Part shown: positions 13,601 through 34,310 of the stretch, piece after piece
How the letters are laid out: the number at the start of each line of letters is the position of its first letter
Numbering within the stretch: the first letter of the stretch is position 1
DNA from: Ophelia neglecta
Taxonomy: Eukaryota
Assembly (NCBI GenBank): GCA_965285935.1
Contig: OZ260664.1
Span: forward strand, 50,654,001-50,718,000
Length of the DNA: 64,000 nt
Reading direction: 5' to 3'
Translations under genes and position numbers: made by a program
Notes under the pieces: model-generated
The model's database searches: none
Seen by the model: only the letters and a program-made list of their open reading frames with translations
What the model was told of the DNA's origin: nothing

Positions 13601-15591
13601 GGCACAACAGTAAGTGTGTGTGTGTGTTTGTGGGGGGGGGGGGGGTCACAAATGCAATATGGAATAATAGATTATGTGCCTTATTAATTTAACATCGGTT
13701 CCAATCGTTCGTTCAACACGAGTCATGTTTACTAAAGCACGGAGGAGATATTTACTTTGGATGACTGATTTCCCCATGGCGGCTGGAAATGATATGGGCG
13801 GTCGGCGGTCAGTGAAATTAATCATGCTATGGGGGTTTATGATGAAAGATACTCTCAATATCATGGTATTAATGATGACGGAAAAATCATAACAAAGGAC
13901 GGGAAATGTTCAATTTCAATCTTCAGAACAAGCCAGAATACATACTGGCAGCAGACAGACAAGCCTGTGCTTTTAAGTCTATCGTTGTAAAATGAGTTTA
14001 AAACCGGCATTTTTTGTCTGGAAGCTATAAATAACATAAGGATACATGGACACAGACTATGATATGAGAACTGCCCTTTATTTTTTGTATAAAGGTATAT
14101 AGTCCAACACCCTGATGGAGAGGCCTGGAGAACGGAAAGACACGTAAACATACGAGGTTATGAAGTCTTAAACGCCTAGCAACTTCTATAGGGGATGGCA
14201 GCATCAACTTCAAATGTGTTCCCGTCTCAAAAAGAAAAAGGCTTCAGCTTTTTTATGAGCTGTGGTATATTATTAAGCCCATGGCAAATAGAAATGTTGT
14301 CTACGTCCAGAATTTTTGAAAAAAAGCTACAGGAGGGAGAAGGAAAGCTATGGGACACACAACACCCGAAAGACAATTTTAATGGTTAAATCAACGACGG
14401 CGCGAAATAGTCCAAAGAAAAACAAACTGACAAAAGTCCTTCCTTGATGAATAAAACGTCAAAATAAATATTACATAATACAAAAGGCTACTTACGAATG
14501 AAAAAACTAAATATCCTTGGATGCATTCAAGAACATAAAAACCCCATTATTCACGAATAAACTTGCCAGTGTCAAGGGAAACATTTAGCAAGAGTTATAG
14601 GCGCGGTCGGATGTAAACCACATTTTCCATTATATCCCAGTTGTTGCTTATAACATGCACAAGTATCCAATGTGTCTCTGTGGCATGTGAGAGTTGTATT
14701 TCATGACCAAGAATTAAAGCTTAATGTTTTGGGGTGGAGCGGAAAGGGGGGGGGGTTCTACTCACAAGGGATAGTAAAGGGATACTAAACAAATATTTTA
14801 TCACAGTATATAAAAAATTATCATATACATGTGCGCGTACCCCATACAGAAATAGTACCACGGACACTAATTATTATTGCATACGTATATGCCCATATAT
14901 AATTAGTATATTAATGCAGGTCCTTAATACAGCATACGTATGAGACACGTCACACACGAGTTCATTTGATCTTGTATTACACAGATCTCAGTAGGCATAA
15001 GCTCTTTTTGCATGACGCTTTGAAACGAAGAAAATCCACTGAGAGAACAATTTGGTGACCCCTCCAACCCCCTCCCTACCCACCAGTCTTCCACCACATC
15101 AAACCCTTCTCCCTCCCCCAGTTCACCAGAATTACCAATTATAACTGACTGTCAGAGGAGAATGTATCGGTAGCTGGTGCCTCCCTGTAAATGTTTTATG
15201 TATTTTTCAGACAGCCGCATTATCTTATATGCATATAGAAAACAATACGCTTATTGTCTGCGTCACAGTTAATGTCAAGATTGTTAAATTTTGATAGGGG
15301 ACTCACTTACTTGACGTTATTTATCAACCGTACGTTAAGTTGGACAAAAGTTCCTATACTAACACGACAGCGATCAATATGAATAACATGTTGCCTATAG
15401 GCACAGTACCACAGAAGGGATATTGTTTTCAGTCATAAATATCCGTGTTAAGGATATCTATAGGCAGCTCCCATCGTAGGAGGTGTTAAAAGTTCTCATT
15501 CCACTATTATGTCCTGCGATATGCTTCTTGTCCAGTCTTTCCATTATTAATTGAAAGACATCTGCTATTGGTCTGCAGGCACGGGACCAGA

Positions 15592-16713
15592 ATGAATGAG
15601 ACGGGAACCTCGACCCAGCCACCGGAGTTCACTGGCCGTGATCATGAACATTTCTACTTCGTTTTCGATATAGTTTGCACCGTTCTCCGTTTCATGCTCA
15701 TCGTGCCTATATGTTATGGAAATGCATTAGTTCTAATAACCGTTTGCCAATTTCGCAAACTCCGGACTCCCACAAATGTTTTCATCACCAGCTTGGCCAT
15801 ATCCGACTTGATGATTGGTGTGATAACTATACCAGCCTTCACTCTGGTTCACCATTGTCATTTTGGACTCGAAAAACAAAAGTACGCCTGTCTTGTAAGT
15901 TATGTTTTAAGTCATGGTCCAACATCTGTATCCATGGTGACGCTGTTTTTCATTGCGTGGGAGCGGTACTTTTCCATTCATCAACCATTTTGGTATGAAC
16001 GTAATTTTACGATGAGAATCGCGGCGATCAGCTGTATAGGAATTTGGATTTATGTTTGGACAATAATTCCAGCACTGGCATTTTCTACTGATCAATGGGT
16101 TAACGGCATGGACGATTGCAACTTTTCCAGCGTGCTATCAACTGGGTATATTGGAACGATTTTGGTTCACATGTTGACAATATTAGTAACAACTACAGTG
16201 ATTTATATACTTATCGCTCGCACTGCCTGGAAACACCAAAAAGCTATCGCCAGACAAAGGATGCCCTCACTTGCATCAATAGGAAGTGGAATATCATCTG
16301 GTGTCAACCAGGATTCGAAATTCGTCGAAAACGCTAAAATCTCCAGAATGCTGTCATGTGTACTTGGAATATTCTATTTGTGTTGGGTGCCATATTTGTT
16401 AAGTGTCCCTTTCGCTTTAACGAAAAGCGAGGGGGGCGCAGATCCGATTTGGTTACATGTTTGGGAGCAAATATCCGGAATTGTAGTTTTATGCAACTCC
16501 TTTATGAACCCTCTTGTATACGCTCGCAAAAATGAGGACTTCCGTATCGCCTTTAGGAGAGTGCTGAAAAAAAAGCCTGAAAAAAGCTTGTGGTATGCAA
16601 GTTCAAGGAGTCTGGATACTAATTTAATCGCTATGAACACCCTAGGAAGGTCGATCTCCTATTCAACAAATTCTCTTCAAACGAATCGTGTAACCACAGA
16701 GGTGAAATTATGA
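15592..16713 (+). CDS. Intronless rhodopsin-like (class A) GPCR, 373 aa, orphan, adenosine/amine-receptor-like
   Basis: Seven hydrophobic segments with GN (TM1), LAxSD (TM2), C3.25 and ERY (TM3), W4.50, CWVPY (TM6) and NPLVY plus helix 8 (FRIAFRRVL). N-glycosylation site NET near the start. First ATG at 15592; AATAAA at 16955-16960. Confidence 0.95.
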   Translation: MNETGTSTQPPEFTGRDHEHFYFVFDIVCTVLRFMLIVPICYGNALVLITVCQFRKLRTPTNVFITSLAISDLMIGVITIPAFTLVHHCHFGLEKQKYACLVSYVLSHGPTSVSMVTLFFIAWERYFSIHQPFWYERNFTMRIAAISCIGIWIYVWTIIPALAFSTDQWVNGMDDCNFSSVLSTGYIGTILVHMLTILVTTTVIYILIARTAWKHQKAIARQRMPSLASIGSGISSGVNQDSKFVENAKISRMLSCVLGIFYLCWVPYLLSVPFALTKSEGGADPIWLHVWEQISGIVVLCNSFMNPLVYARKNEDFRIAFRRVLKKKPEKSLWYASSRSLDTNLIAMNTLGRSISYSTNSLQTNRVTTEVKL

Positions 16714-19700
16714 AGAAACCAACAATTTAGTTGGCCTATACCACATTCATAAGGCGTCTCCTGAGAGGGCTGATGCGGAGATAGTGTGTAAGGGTAGGGT
16801 CAGGCATGAGACCGCCAAGGAAAGGAGGTGACCCACGAAATATTAGCTCCCAAATGCGCAAACTATTTTTCTGATTTACTGATGGAATCGGCCATTCATA
16901 TAAGGTGATATTATATTGCTGGACTCAAACAGTGATAAGATGTGGTTCTTGTAAAATAAAACACCAAAACAACTTAAAAATATAAGCATCCGCTTATGTA
17001 TGTGACAAATAGACATGCCATTATTGAAGTGTTGGGCCCGCGAGCAGGAAGGTCCCGTATCATGATGACAGTAATGTTGTTAGAGAGCTGGACATGGTCA
17101 CTACATCTAAACTAGGGAAATCTGAGTGGTTGAAATATAAACCATAGAAATTATAAACCAGTTTTTGGATATGTTATTTATTTAATTATTTAAACTTGTA
17201 AATTATAACTCATAAAGAGGGTTCAAGGTCTAAGGATATGCACAAAGTTGTTTATATAGGCACTGCGTATATAGTTGTATTACAGTAATAAGCGAAAATG
17301 GCGTAGGCCTATAAATGTTTTGCCTACAGCTTTTGAAACATGTTGTTTGTAGTGCTCTTAAGAAATTGATATCCAGGAAAAAGTAGTCAATTTTTTAGTT
17401 GGAGCACCTCTAAATCCCCTGGTGAAATTAAACCTTTCGCCTAAATCGTGAGAAAATTTGTCCAGCCGGCACCACCAAACAAAATGCAATTTTCACCGCA
17501 CAACTGCTCATAAAGACCTACTGATAAACCTACTTATAAATGTATGCATAACATGGGGAAAGGTCCATTTTTACCCGACAGGAAACAATCTCTCTGGCTA
17601 AAACTGTTGCTATGCCTTAAATGAGGCCCTCCCTTTGTAGATTTAAAAGTTTGCCATGAATGACGACTGGCCACCAAAACACATTTCAAACGTAAGTGAT
17701 TCACGTGTCACGAGTGATGCGAGTCACTGGAAATAGCTACGAGCTTAATAGGTACTTATTTGCCAACTATTATTTCAAGCGAGATGCCAACTCAAATTTC
17801 ATTTTTTATATCAAATTTGAAGAGCCCTCGTAAATGCAGTTTATAAAACAGTTCAAAAAAAGGATTTTGTTAATAACTTGGACATAATAGTATGTCTATG
17901 TCTAGGCCTATAGGTTTTTTTAAAAGTAATCTTCTCGCCCCCCTCCCCCCCCCCCCCCAACCTTATTTATCTATCTGGTGCATACCTGATTAATACAAAT
18001 ACCTGCACAACATATTCACAATGCATAGACTCAATTACCATGCAGGCTGAATGTTGTTGCCTACTAATTTCAGCTACTAAAACTAACTTCGCCCATTCAT
18101 TTAGGGAATGGCTAATGGAGTGTCCAAAGTACCTACCTTAATCGCTAACACCATCTGGGAGTTCATTATCACGAAAATGTCACCATATTTTTTACGACAC
18201 CCTTTATTCTGTTTTTATTTATACGTTTTTTCCAGGCAATAGATTCGTATACACGAATCCAGTGGTGTCAGTAGGCCTATTCGAATCTACTGTCATAAGC
18301 AGATTTATATTGCGTCAATTCTGAGATTCGTTCATACGAATATACTACGAATCTACTGCATAAACAACGTCATGTCACAACAATATTTTAATTTGATTGA
18401 ACAAGTGTGTATATGAAAGGACAGAGCAATAAGCCATATTGATATGGAAATAAGGAAATAATCCGAAAAGATGTTCAAGTGTTATTAAAAAGTGTCTGAC
18501 AGTAATAAGTTGGCAAGAAAATGGACATAATGGTAATTAAAAACAACTGCAGATGTGTTTAATCAAAGCAAGCAGTCTAATATTTTTTTTAAGACAAAAA
18601 AGCAATGTATCACATTATTACGGCAAAGCATGCAAGTGAATTTCCAGTTTTCTCTCAACCTACGTGCGTTGTTGCTCAGGCGCTTGAATTTCTTACAAAT
18701 TAACGGTACATTCCTTCATCTTTACATGTAATATTTTACATATAACACGGTTCATACTATACGTAGTAAACTAATTATTACAGCTAGAAGAGAATACTGA
18801 CAGTTGTTCGCAAAATTTGTATTTTCGTTTATGTGTGAGCGGGTTTTTATGAAAATAGAACGAATCTGTAGGGAAATATTCCTACCAAGAGTGCCTTAGC
18901 GAAACGTCGCTAGCTTTATTAGTCCCCCCCCCCCCCCCCAGAAGGCCGCATAGTAAGGTGGGGTCCGATTTCTTTTGACAAGCCTTAATAACTTTGATTT
19001 TATTAGGAAGTGTACTATATATAATATGTACTGTGATACATTTGAATATTACATTTAAAGGAATATAGTGATAATTTGGAGAAAGTCTAGCGCCTGTGCA
19101 TGGGTATATTTAGATAGGATTTATTCCATATAAAACTAATTTCGTTTCAAATATTTACAGTAACCAACACTTGTACGTGGATGTTTACATGAAGGACCAA
19201 CTTTAATTAAATAATATTCATTTAACAAAATTATTAACCTTTTTGTTGTCATGGCAGCATTGAATTACACATATGATCGTGAATACTGAAGTGGGGATAT
19301 CACCATACATCAGTGTTGATTGTATAAATGTAATGTGAATCTGTTTGTGGTTTAATATTCTGCACTCTGCAAGAACAATGTGAAGTAATAACGTTTAACC
19401 TATTAAAGGTTGTTTATCAGAATGTGATAGCTTATAATTTCAAGTTACTAGAGAAATTTGTAAAAGCAGCACAATGCAAGACTGTAGGCCTACGATCATA
19501 GTTTATCGATTATATCGCAGTAGCTTATGATGACACCGATGAAGCACTCTTGCAGACGATATGGTCTCAAAAGCACGAGGAGTAATGACTGGAGGAATGA
19601 TCCGCAATAGACTTAGCGAGTTGTCTGTCTTCAGGGTGTAAGATATTCATTCCATCTCCAGTGGTTTCAATAGTAGCCGGTAATTGGAAAATTTCACCGC

Positions 19701-20741
19701 CTACTTCACAACATTCTTCGGTTACTTTTCCATCAATAATTATCGCAGCATATGGCGTTTATTTACTGGGTCGGGGACATCTCCCCTTACTTTATGAATT
19801 CTCCTGCAACTTGAAACTACTGCCATCTCAATGAAAGACAATTTGAGGCCTAAGGGAATTAGCTACAGAAAGCGGAAGTTGGCAACAAAGTTAGTCGCGC
19901 TTACAAGCCCGCAAATCATAAAACGGTAAGCGTGATTAATCTGCCAGGGAAGATTTGATGAAAATAGTGGACCCTGAGAAGTACATGCAACAAGTGAATT
20001 AATCGACTTAATGGAGGTATATAGTTGAGTTGACATTTGTAGAATTCGCAATCCAACATTTCCCGTATACTAAAAACAGATATGTTATAATGAACTAGGC
20101 CAGAGTAGGTTTTACTATGTCTGAGAATATTTCATTTTTGGCTCAGACTACGTCCTAGTCTCCGACCATGTCTCCATATCTGCTTAACGGTCTTTTCGAA
20201 ACAATTACCGAAACGTAACTGCCTCCACATCTAAGGTAAAAAGAGACGCACGTACGTGAGCATGCCAAAATATACAGTGAATTTAAAACGACCTCAAACC
20301 GGCTGTTTACAGAATGATATATATATGAACATGTATGCTTTTATTCGCTAGATAACAGTGAAAGCTTTTCATAAATGAAAATTATAAAGGCGTTGAAATG
20401 TTGCCTATGGATAAGGTTGCTCCAGGAGCCATACATGGAAGCTATGGTTAGCTAGAGAATAATGCAGTTATAATAATAATAATAATAATAATAGTAATAA
20501 AAATTTTGCTGAAAATGCCAATTTTTGCAGTTTGTCGTTCCGTGGATGATATGTCGGGTTGGCGTGTCTTGCTTTGAAATGTGTTAAGTCGGTTGATAGA
20601 AGCCAACTCATCATATAGCTGATATGTAATTAAATTTATACTTTGTTCGATTCACAAGTGAATACCGGCAGAGTTAAATATACCCATACATATATACCGG
20701 GGTAACCAGCATTTTTTGTATGTCTTATTTCTCTTGACCTT

Positions 20742-20935
20742 ACATCGAGGTGCCGAGGCTGAGCGGAGGCATAGGTCATGGGTAATTCTGAATAGCATAA
20801 AGAAAATATCGTCAGCATGGCTAGGGCTTAGGCTTAGGGTTAATTTAAGGGTCAGGGTGAGGGTAAGAGACGGGTTTATAGGAGTTTAGTGTTGTGACCT
20901 TAAATCGGAATTCACCTCCGCAAGCCTCCGTGGAT
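20742..20935. mobile_element. Possible degenerate MITE with internal TTAGGG-like repeats
   Basis: Weak inverted ends (GAGGCTGAGCGGAGG vs CCTCCGCAAGCCTC) surround the tract CTAGGGCTTAGGCTTAGGGTT...GGGTCAGGGTGAGGGT. Confidence 0.3.
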
Positions 20936-23900
20936 AATCAAAAACCTATATTATATGAATGATTTTTGAACCGTCTTAAATAAGTAGCAGACATTACAAA
21001 AGCTTATTTTTCTTCATTTTGTGGAGAAAGCACTCTTCATTGAAATACTCACGTCAATTCTACTGTTTGGAACAGATGTCGGCTAAAGAACCATGATTTT
21101 ACATGTGATTATCTAGTCATGGAGTAGGATTTAAGGGGAATTCATAATTTATATGTGGGCGAGGGGGTAGTGATTTTGAGCTATTTACTTTACAAATAAG
21201 ATGCCCTCGACCCAAATTTCAGGTATAAATTGTGTGGCCTGCCCCCTCAAACTTTGCGCACATATTTGAATACAAAGCGCCCCTCTACTCCTAATTGGCT
21301 ATTTTTTTATTATCAAAATGAGCTGTATATTTCGTAAACAAGACATTTAGAATTTGGGCAAGCTGCCCGCTAGCAAACATACTATTATGGTAAATAATAG
21401 GCCTATAATGAAATTGTTCATTTGTCGAATTGTGACGCATGAATATTTAAAGCCACCCTTAGGTATAACGCAAGATTTGCAATTCAAATGTATTGAATGC
21501 TATTGAGTCCAACATGCAGATTATCATGTACTTTATAGCAAAGCATCTACTGGTGACTCTGGATTTGACATTGATTTGATAAACCTATGTACGGCTGGCT
21601 CTATGTAGTACCAATATCATTTAATAGCTATTTAATTATGTGGGTTGTAGTTTAACGTAATCACCATTCACAGGACTTATGTGCCCATTGAAAAATGGTT
21701 TAGTTTTTAACCTACTGTTAAAAAACAAATTTTGGCCGACGATTCAATCAAGCTGTCAAGGCACATAATCCATATACAGCCCCGAATACAGAGACCCCAT
21801 TTTTGCCATTACAGGAAGTGTTTTGATATATACCAGATGGAAAGATATTTGAAAATTAAAATGCTAGACCTAAATTTAAACACTGAGAAAGGTAATATGA
21901 CCATGAAGTAGAATGTCAAGGTCTAACCTTACATCATCATCTAGAGCGAAATCGCAATGACTTGATTACAAATTGAAAAACCTGACTGAATGAAGCTGAC
22001 CAAGAAATACTGATTAAAAACATGTCACTCGGAACAAGTGCAAGACATCTATTGCATGCACCTTTGAACTCTCTGGAAAATAAAAAGTTTGGGATCCGTT
22101 TAAAGGAAAAAAAATCTGATTAGGGTGTAATGCAACCCCCCCCCCCCCACCCCCGAAATATTATATCTAGGAAACAAAACTTTTATTTACAAAATAATAT
22201 TTAAAAGGAACGAAATAATGTCTAACCCCAATTGTTTTCTGACCATGTCCCTTTAGGGACACAGTAATGTGAAGTGCTTCTATAGGTAACTGCGAGAATG
22301 TTAAACTAACATATTTTTCTTCTTCAGCAGGTTGTATATAATCAGTTACAGAAAACATTTAATCAGCAAATTTATTGCGAATCACCTGATGTTTCAGAAA
22401 TGTCAGCGGAAGACAAAATTGTTGATGATGCGTCATCTAGGAATTACCTTGATCTAATTTTCTTGTCTGCTTACAAAATTCGGTAGTATTTGGGTATATA
22501 GAGATTAATGAAATCCAAGAGCAAGCTCATGATTGGTGCACTATTTCAGGAAAGATATAGGTCGACAGACATCACTGTTGCTTAATGCCTGATGTATATA
22601 TAATATAATACCTATCTATATAGGATTGTGTGAAAAGTACATGTATATACCTTCAAAACTTGTAACCCCCAAAATTGTGTTTTAAGGAGATAATAAAAGA
22701 AAACTTTGGCGTTGAATGACTTTATTTGCGGGCTATGTTGATAATGAAGCACCAGGTTGAGCCCAAAACATTCAATGTACTAAAAATTAAAAACTGGTTT
22801 TCTTCCAATAGGATTTTATAGCAAACGAAAATAAATTAATCAATCAATTTCCTAATCTCTCTTCAATATAATGTAAAACAAAATACATGTCAAAATCTAC
22901 CAATCACTTTCCATTATATATCATGAGAACAATAATAAAATATTCATTCTATTCCCAATAGTCATAAACAAACATGATTAACCTTTTCTTAAATCAATAA
23001 TAACCTTAGGCAGGCAGATATCAGTGGTGTTACCTACACATTGATGTTCCCATGAGCTCTAGACTGGATTGGTACATTTATTGGGTTGAATTGATGATTA
23101 AACTGGACAGGGTAACCCTGTAAAATCCCCCCCCCCCCCTGCTGCCCTCATATGTTATGTCCCAAGTCCACAGGCCAAGCTATTAACCTTACACTACAAC
23201 AAGCATTTTTAATTTCTCTTTGATAACTATAGATCCAGATGCAGAAGATAATTTCTGCCTAATACTAACAGCCAATACTTTGTTGTACATATAAGCATAG
23301 GGTATAAAAGATTCACAAACAAGCTTATGCATAGCAGGACCAACATTCAGTTGACAGTTAACTGATGATCATCATAAATATATACATTAGCAAATAGTTG
23401 GAAACTTTTGATCTTAAACACCTTAAAACCAAGTTACATATTAAAGTAGCAGTCACCCGAGAGGGTTGGTAGCAGACTAATATATGGAATGGATATTCTT
23501 AATTTTAGTGTGTAAAGGAAAACTGCTCCTTAAAACATAACATTGCCATTCCTATAACTCTACTTAAATACTTTTCATCACCGGAGCTTGTCGTTTGATC
23601 GGGTGATTGCGACCAGACATTAAGTAAAATAGCTGGCTCCTGTGTTTCTCATATTAATCATAGTTTTAGGATTACAATTACAGTAGACTATATAATGTAA
23701 AAATGTATCCAATGTAATACAATACAATGTTATATAATATAACGATAAAAATGTTAGTGGGCATGTTTAAATACACCTTATTTGTAAAAGATGACACTTT
23801 GCGGGTTTTTAATTTTGAACTGAAAGGTATTTAGGACCTATGTGTACATTCTAGTACAATATTCACTGGTTTCCTGACAAAGTACTTTTCCCACACTTTG

Positions 23901-24298
23901 CATACATAAAACCATGCAAACATTTTTACCGTTGCATTAAATTACAACTGGTAATCATTTTTTCTGGCTTTACTGTTCAGGATAGGACATTCAAAGGGTT
24001 GGGCAGCACCCTTACAAGTATATGATTTCCCATGCCATGGCCATGTTCACTGAAAGGTCCAGGGCAAGGCTGATGGCAATTAATAACTTTCAAGCCTGCT
24101 GCCCAACCCAGAATGAGAGTGGATGGGGGGAGGGGGAGGGGGAGGGGGGATACTGACAAGTTGCCTGACAAATCAGTCACAATTTGCAGCGCACATTACT
24201 ATTTTGATAAGTAAATAAGCCCCACCCACTTAACTGATTGTGCGCTAATTGACACTTCAAGCAATTTTTAAGCCTCATCTCGGAATGGCATATATATA

Positions 24299-33058
<8,760 letters not shown>

Positions 33059-34310
33059 TACTGCTTCTGTTGACAGAGGACTATGTCAGTTTGTGTTTGC
33101 GGCTTTGATTGGATGACCACGATCCCGAATGAGATGGTCTGAGGGTGGCGCGATCTACACTGAATGAGATTTACAATTTTAAAAGGATTTTGAAAACAGG
33201 CCCAACAGATTTAACAAAAAAACACTCTCATTTGAAATATATTTTTGAAATATATATAAAGTTTGAAGAAAAAGCACCGGCAAAACAAGAGACAGTTGGG
33301 TCCACTACAAAGTTTCCCCAGGCACAAGTCGCTCTCCTTTTGTGGCGCTGCATCCCCGACTCCCGGCCGATGAAAGTTGCCGCTACTATGTAGCTTGCCT
33401 GACAGCTACTAAAGCTACTAGTTAGGGTATATATATTCAGTATGCATGTACCTCTACTTTCCAGAGGGTTGTAAATCATCCACATATATTTATACAGTTA
33501 ACGCACACATTTTCAACGAGCCAAAATATCATGGTCCCACAGCCCTGGCCATGCCCTATACCCCTCTCCTTCAAAGTTGTGCCTTTTGGAGTGGACTCGC
33601 CCCCCCCCCCACACACACACACATCAACGACCCCCCCCTCCCCCATCAATCCAACCACACACCCAGGCATAACCCCGGCCCCCCTCTCCCAGGGTTGGGA
33701 GGGGGGGCTGCATGCGCGTTCACGATTTCTCGGTAAAAAAGGGGTGCATTTTCGTTTGTTTCTCCCGAGAAATTGAAAAAAAGGGGTCTTTTTTTATCAG
33801 CCTCCGGAGAAATTAAAAAAAAGGGGGTATTTTTACAAGCATGTGCCGAGAAAAGGGTTGGAAAGTTACCCGAGAACATTTTACCTCATAATGATGCCCC
33901 CTATAAAAGGGGATTAGGTGCTTCCTGGAGCCTGAGAAAAGGGGTATGACATTTCATCAAGCCCACGTTAGGGGGGTAAAAAACCTGAAAAAAAAACCCG
34001 CGATAGACTGAGATAAGGGGGTGAAAAATTCAATGCCTTCCCTGAGATAGGGGTCAGTTTTCAAAAGTAGTGAATAAGCATGGGTACCCCCTTAAATGGC
34101 AGGGGGGGGGGCATAACTTCCAAAAAGTAAAAGATCTAGCGCTAACTAAAGGAGAACTACTAATGCCCTTGGGAAACTTTGTAGCGGACCTAATTGTCCC
34201 TTTTCTAAGTAGACTACCGCCATCTCGACGTAGCAGACGAATCGTTCCCAATTCAAACAATGTGTTGACGTAGATCTTAATTCTGCCAAAATCGAAATCA
34301 TTTTTAAGAC
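33059..34310. promoter_or_regulatory. Head-to-head (bidirectional) ACAT2/PPIL4 promoter region
   Basis: The divergent ATGs at 33058 and 34311 are about 1.25 kb apart, with locally high CpG. CCAAT lies on the minus strand at 33108-33112, a YY1-like CCGCCATCT at 34217-34225 and TGACGT near 34266. Confidence 0.7.
33674..34109. mobile_element. Non-autonomous DNA element with C-rich/G-rich termini
   Basis: An 8-bp direct repeat GGCATAAC flanks it (33666-33673 and 34110-34117). It starts CCCGGCCCCCC, ends in a G-run, and carries reiterated AAAAAGGGGT internal motifs. Confidence 0.6.

Noticed and set aside
15592-16713. Specific assignment as opsin or biogenic amine receptor
   Set aside because: It lacks Lys7.43 and Asp3.32, so no gene symbol is given.
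19570-19760. Minus-strand open stretch containing a PAS-like LHPEDR motif
   Set aside because: It is only about 60 codons bounded by stops, with no convincing splice sites or other PAS features. It could at most be a decayed fragment.
20821-20866. Interstitial telomere
   Set aside because: There are only a few degenerate TTAGGG-like units, better explained as the interior of a small repeat element.
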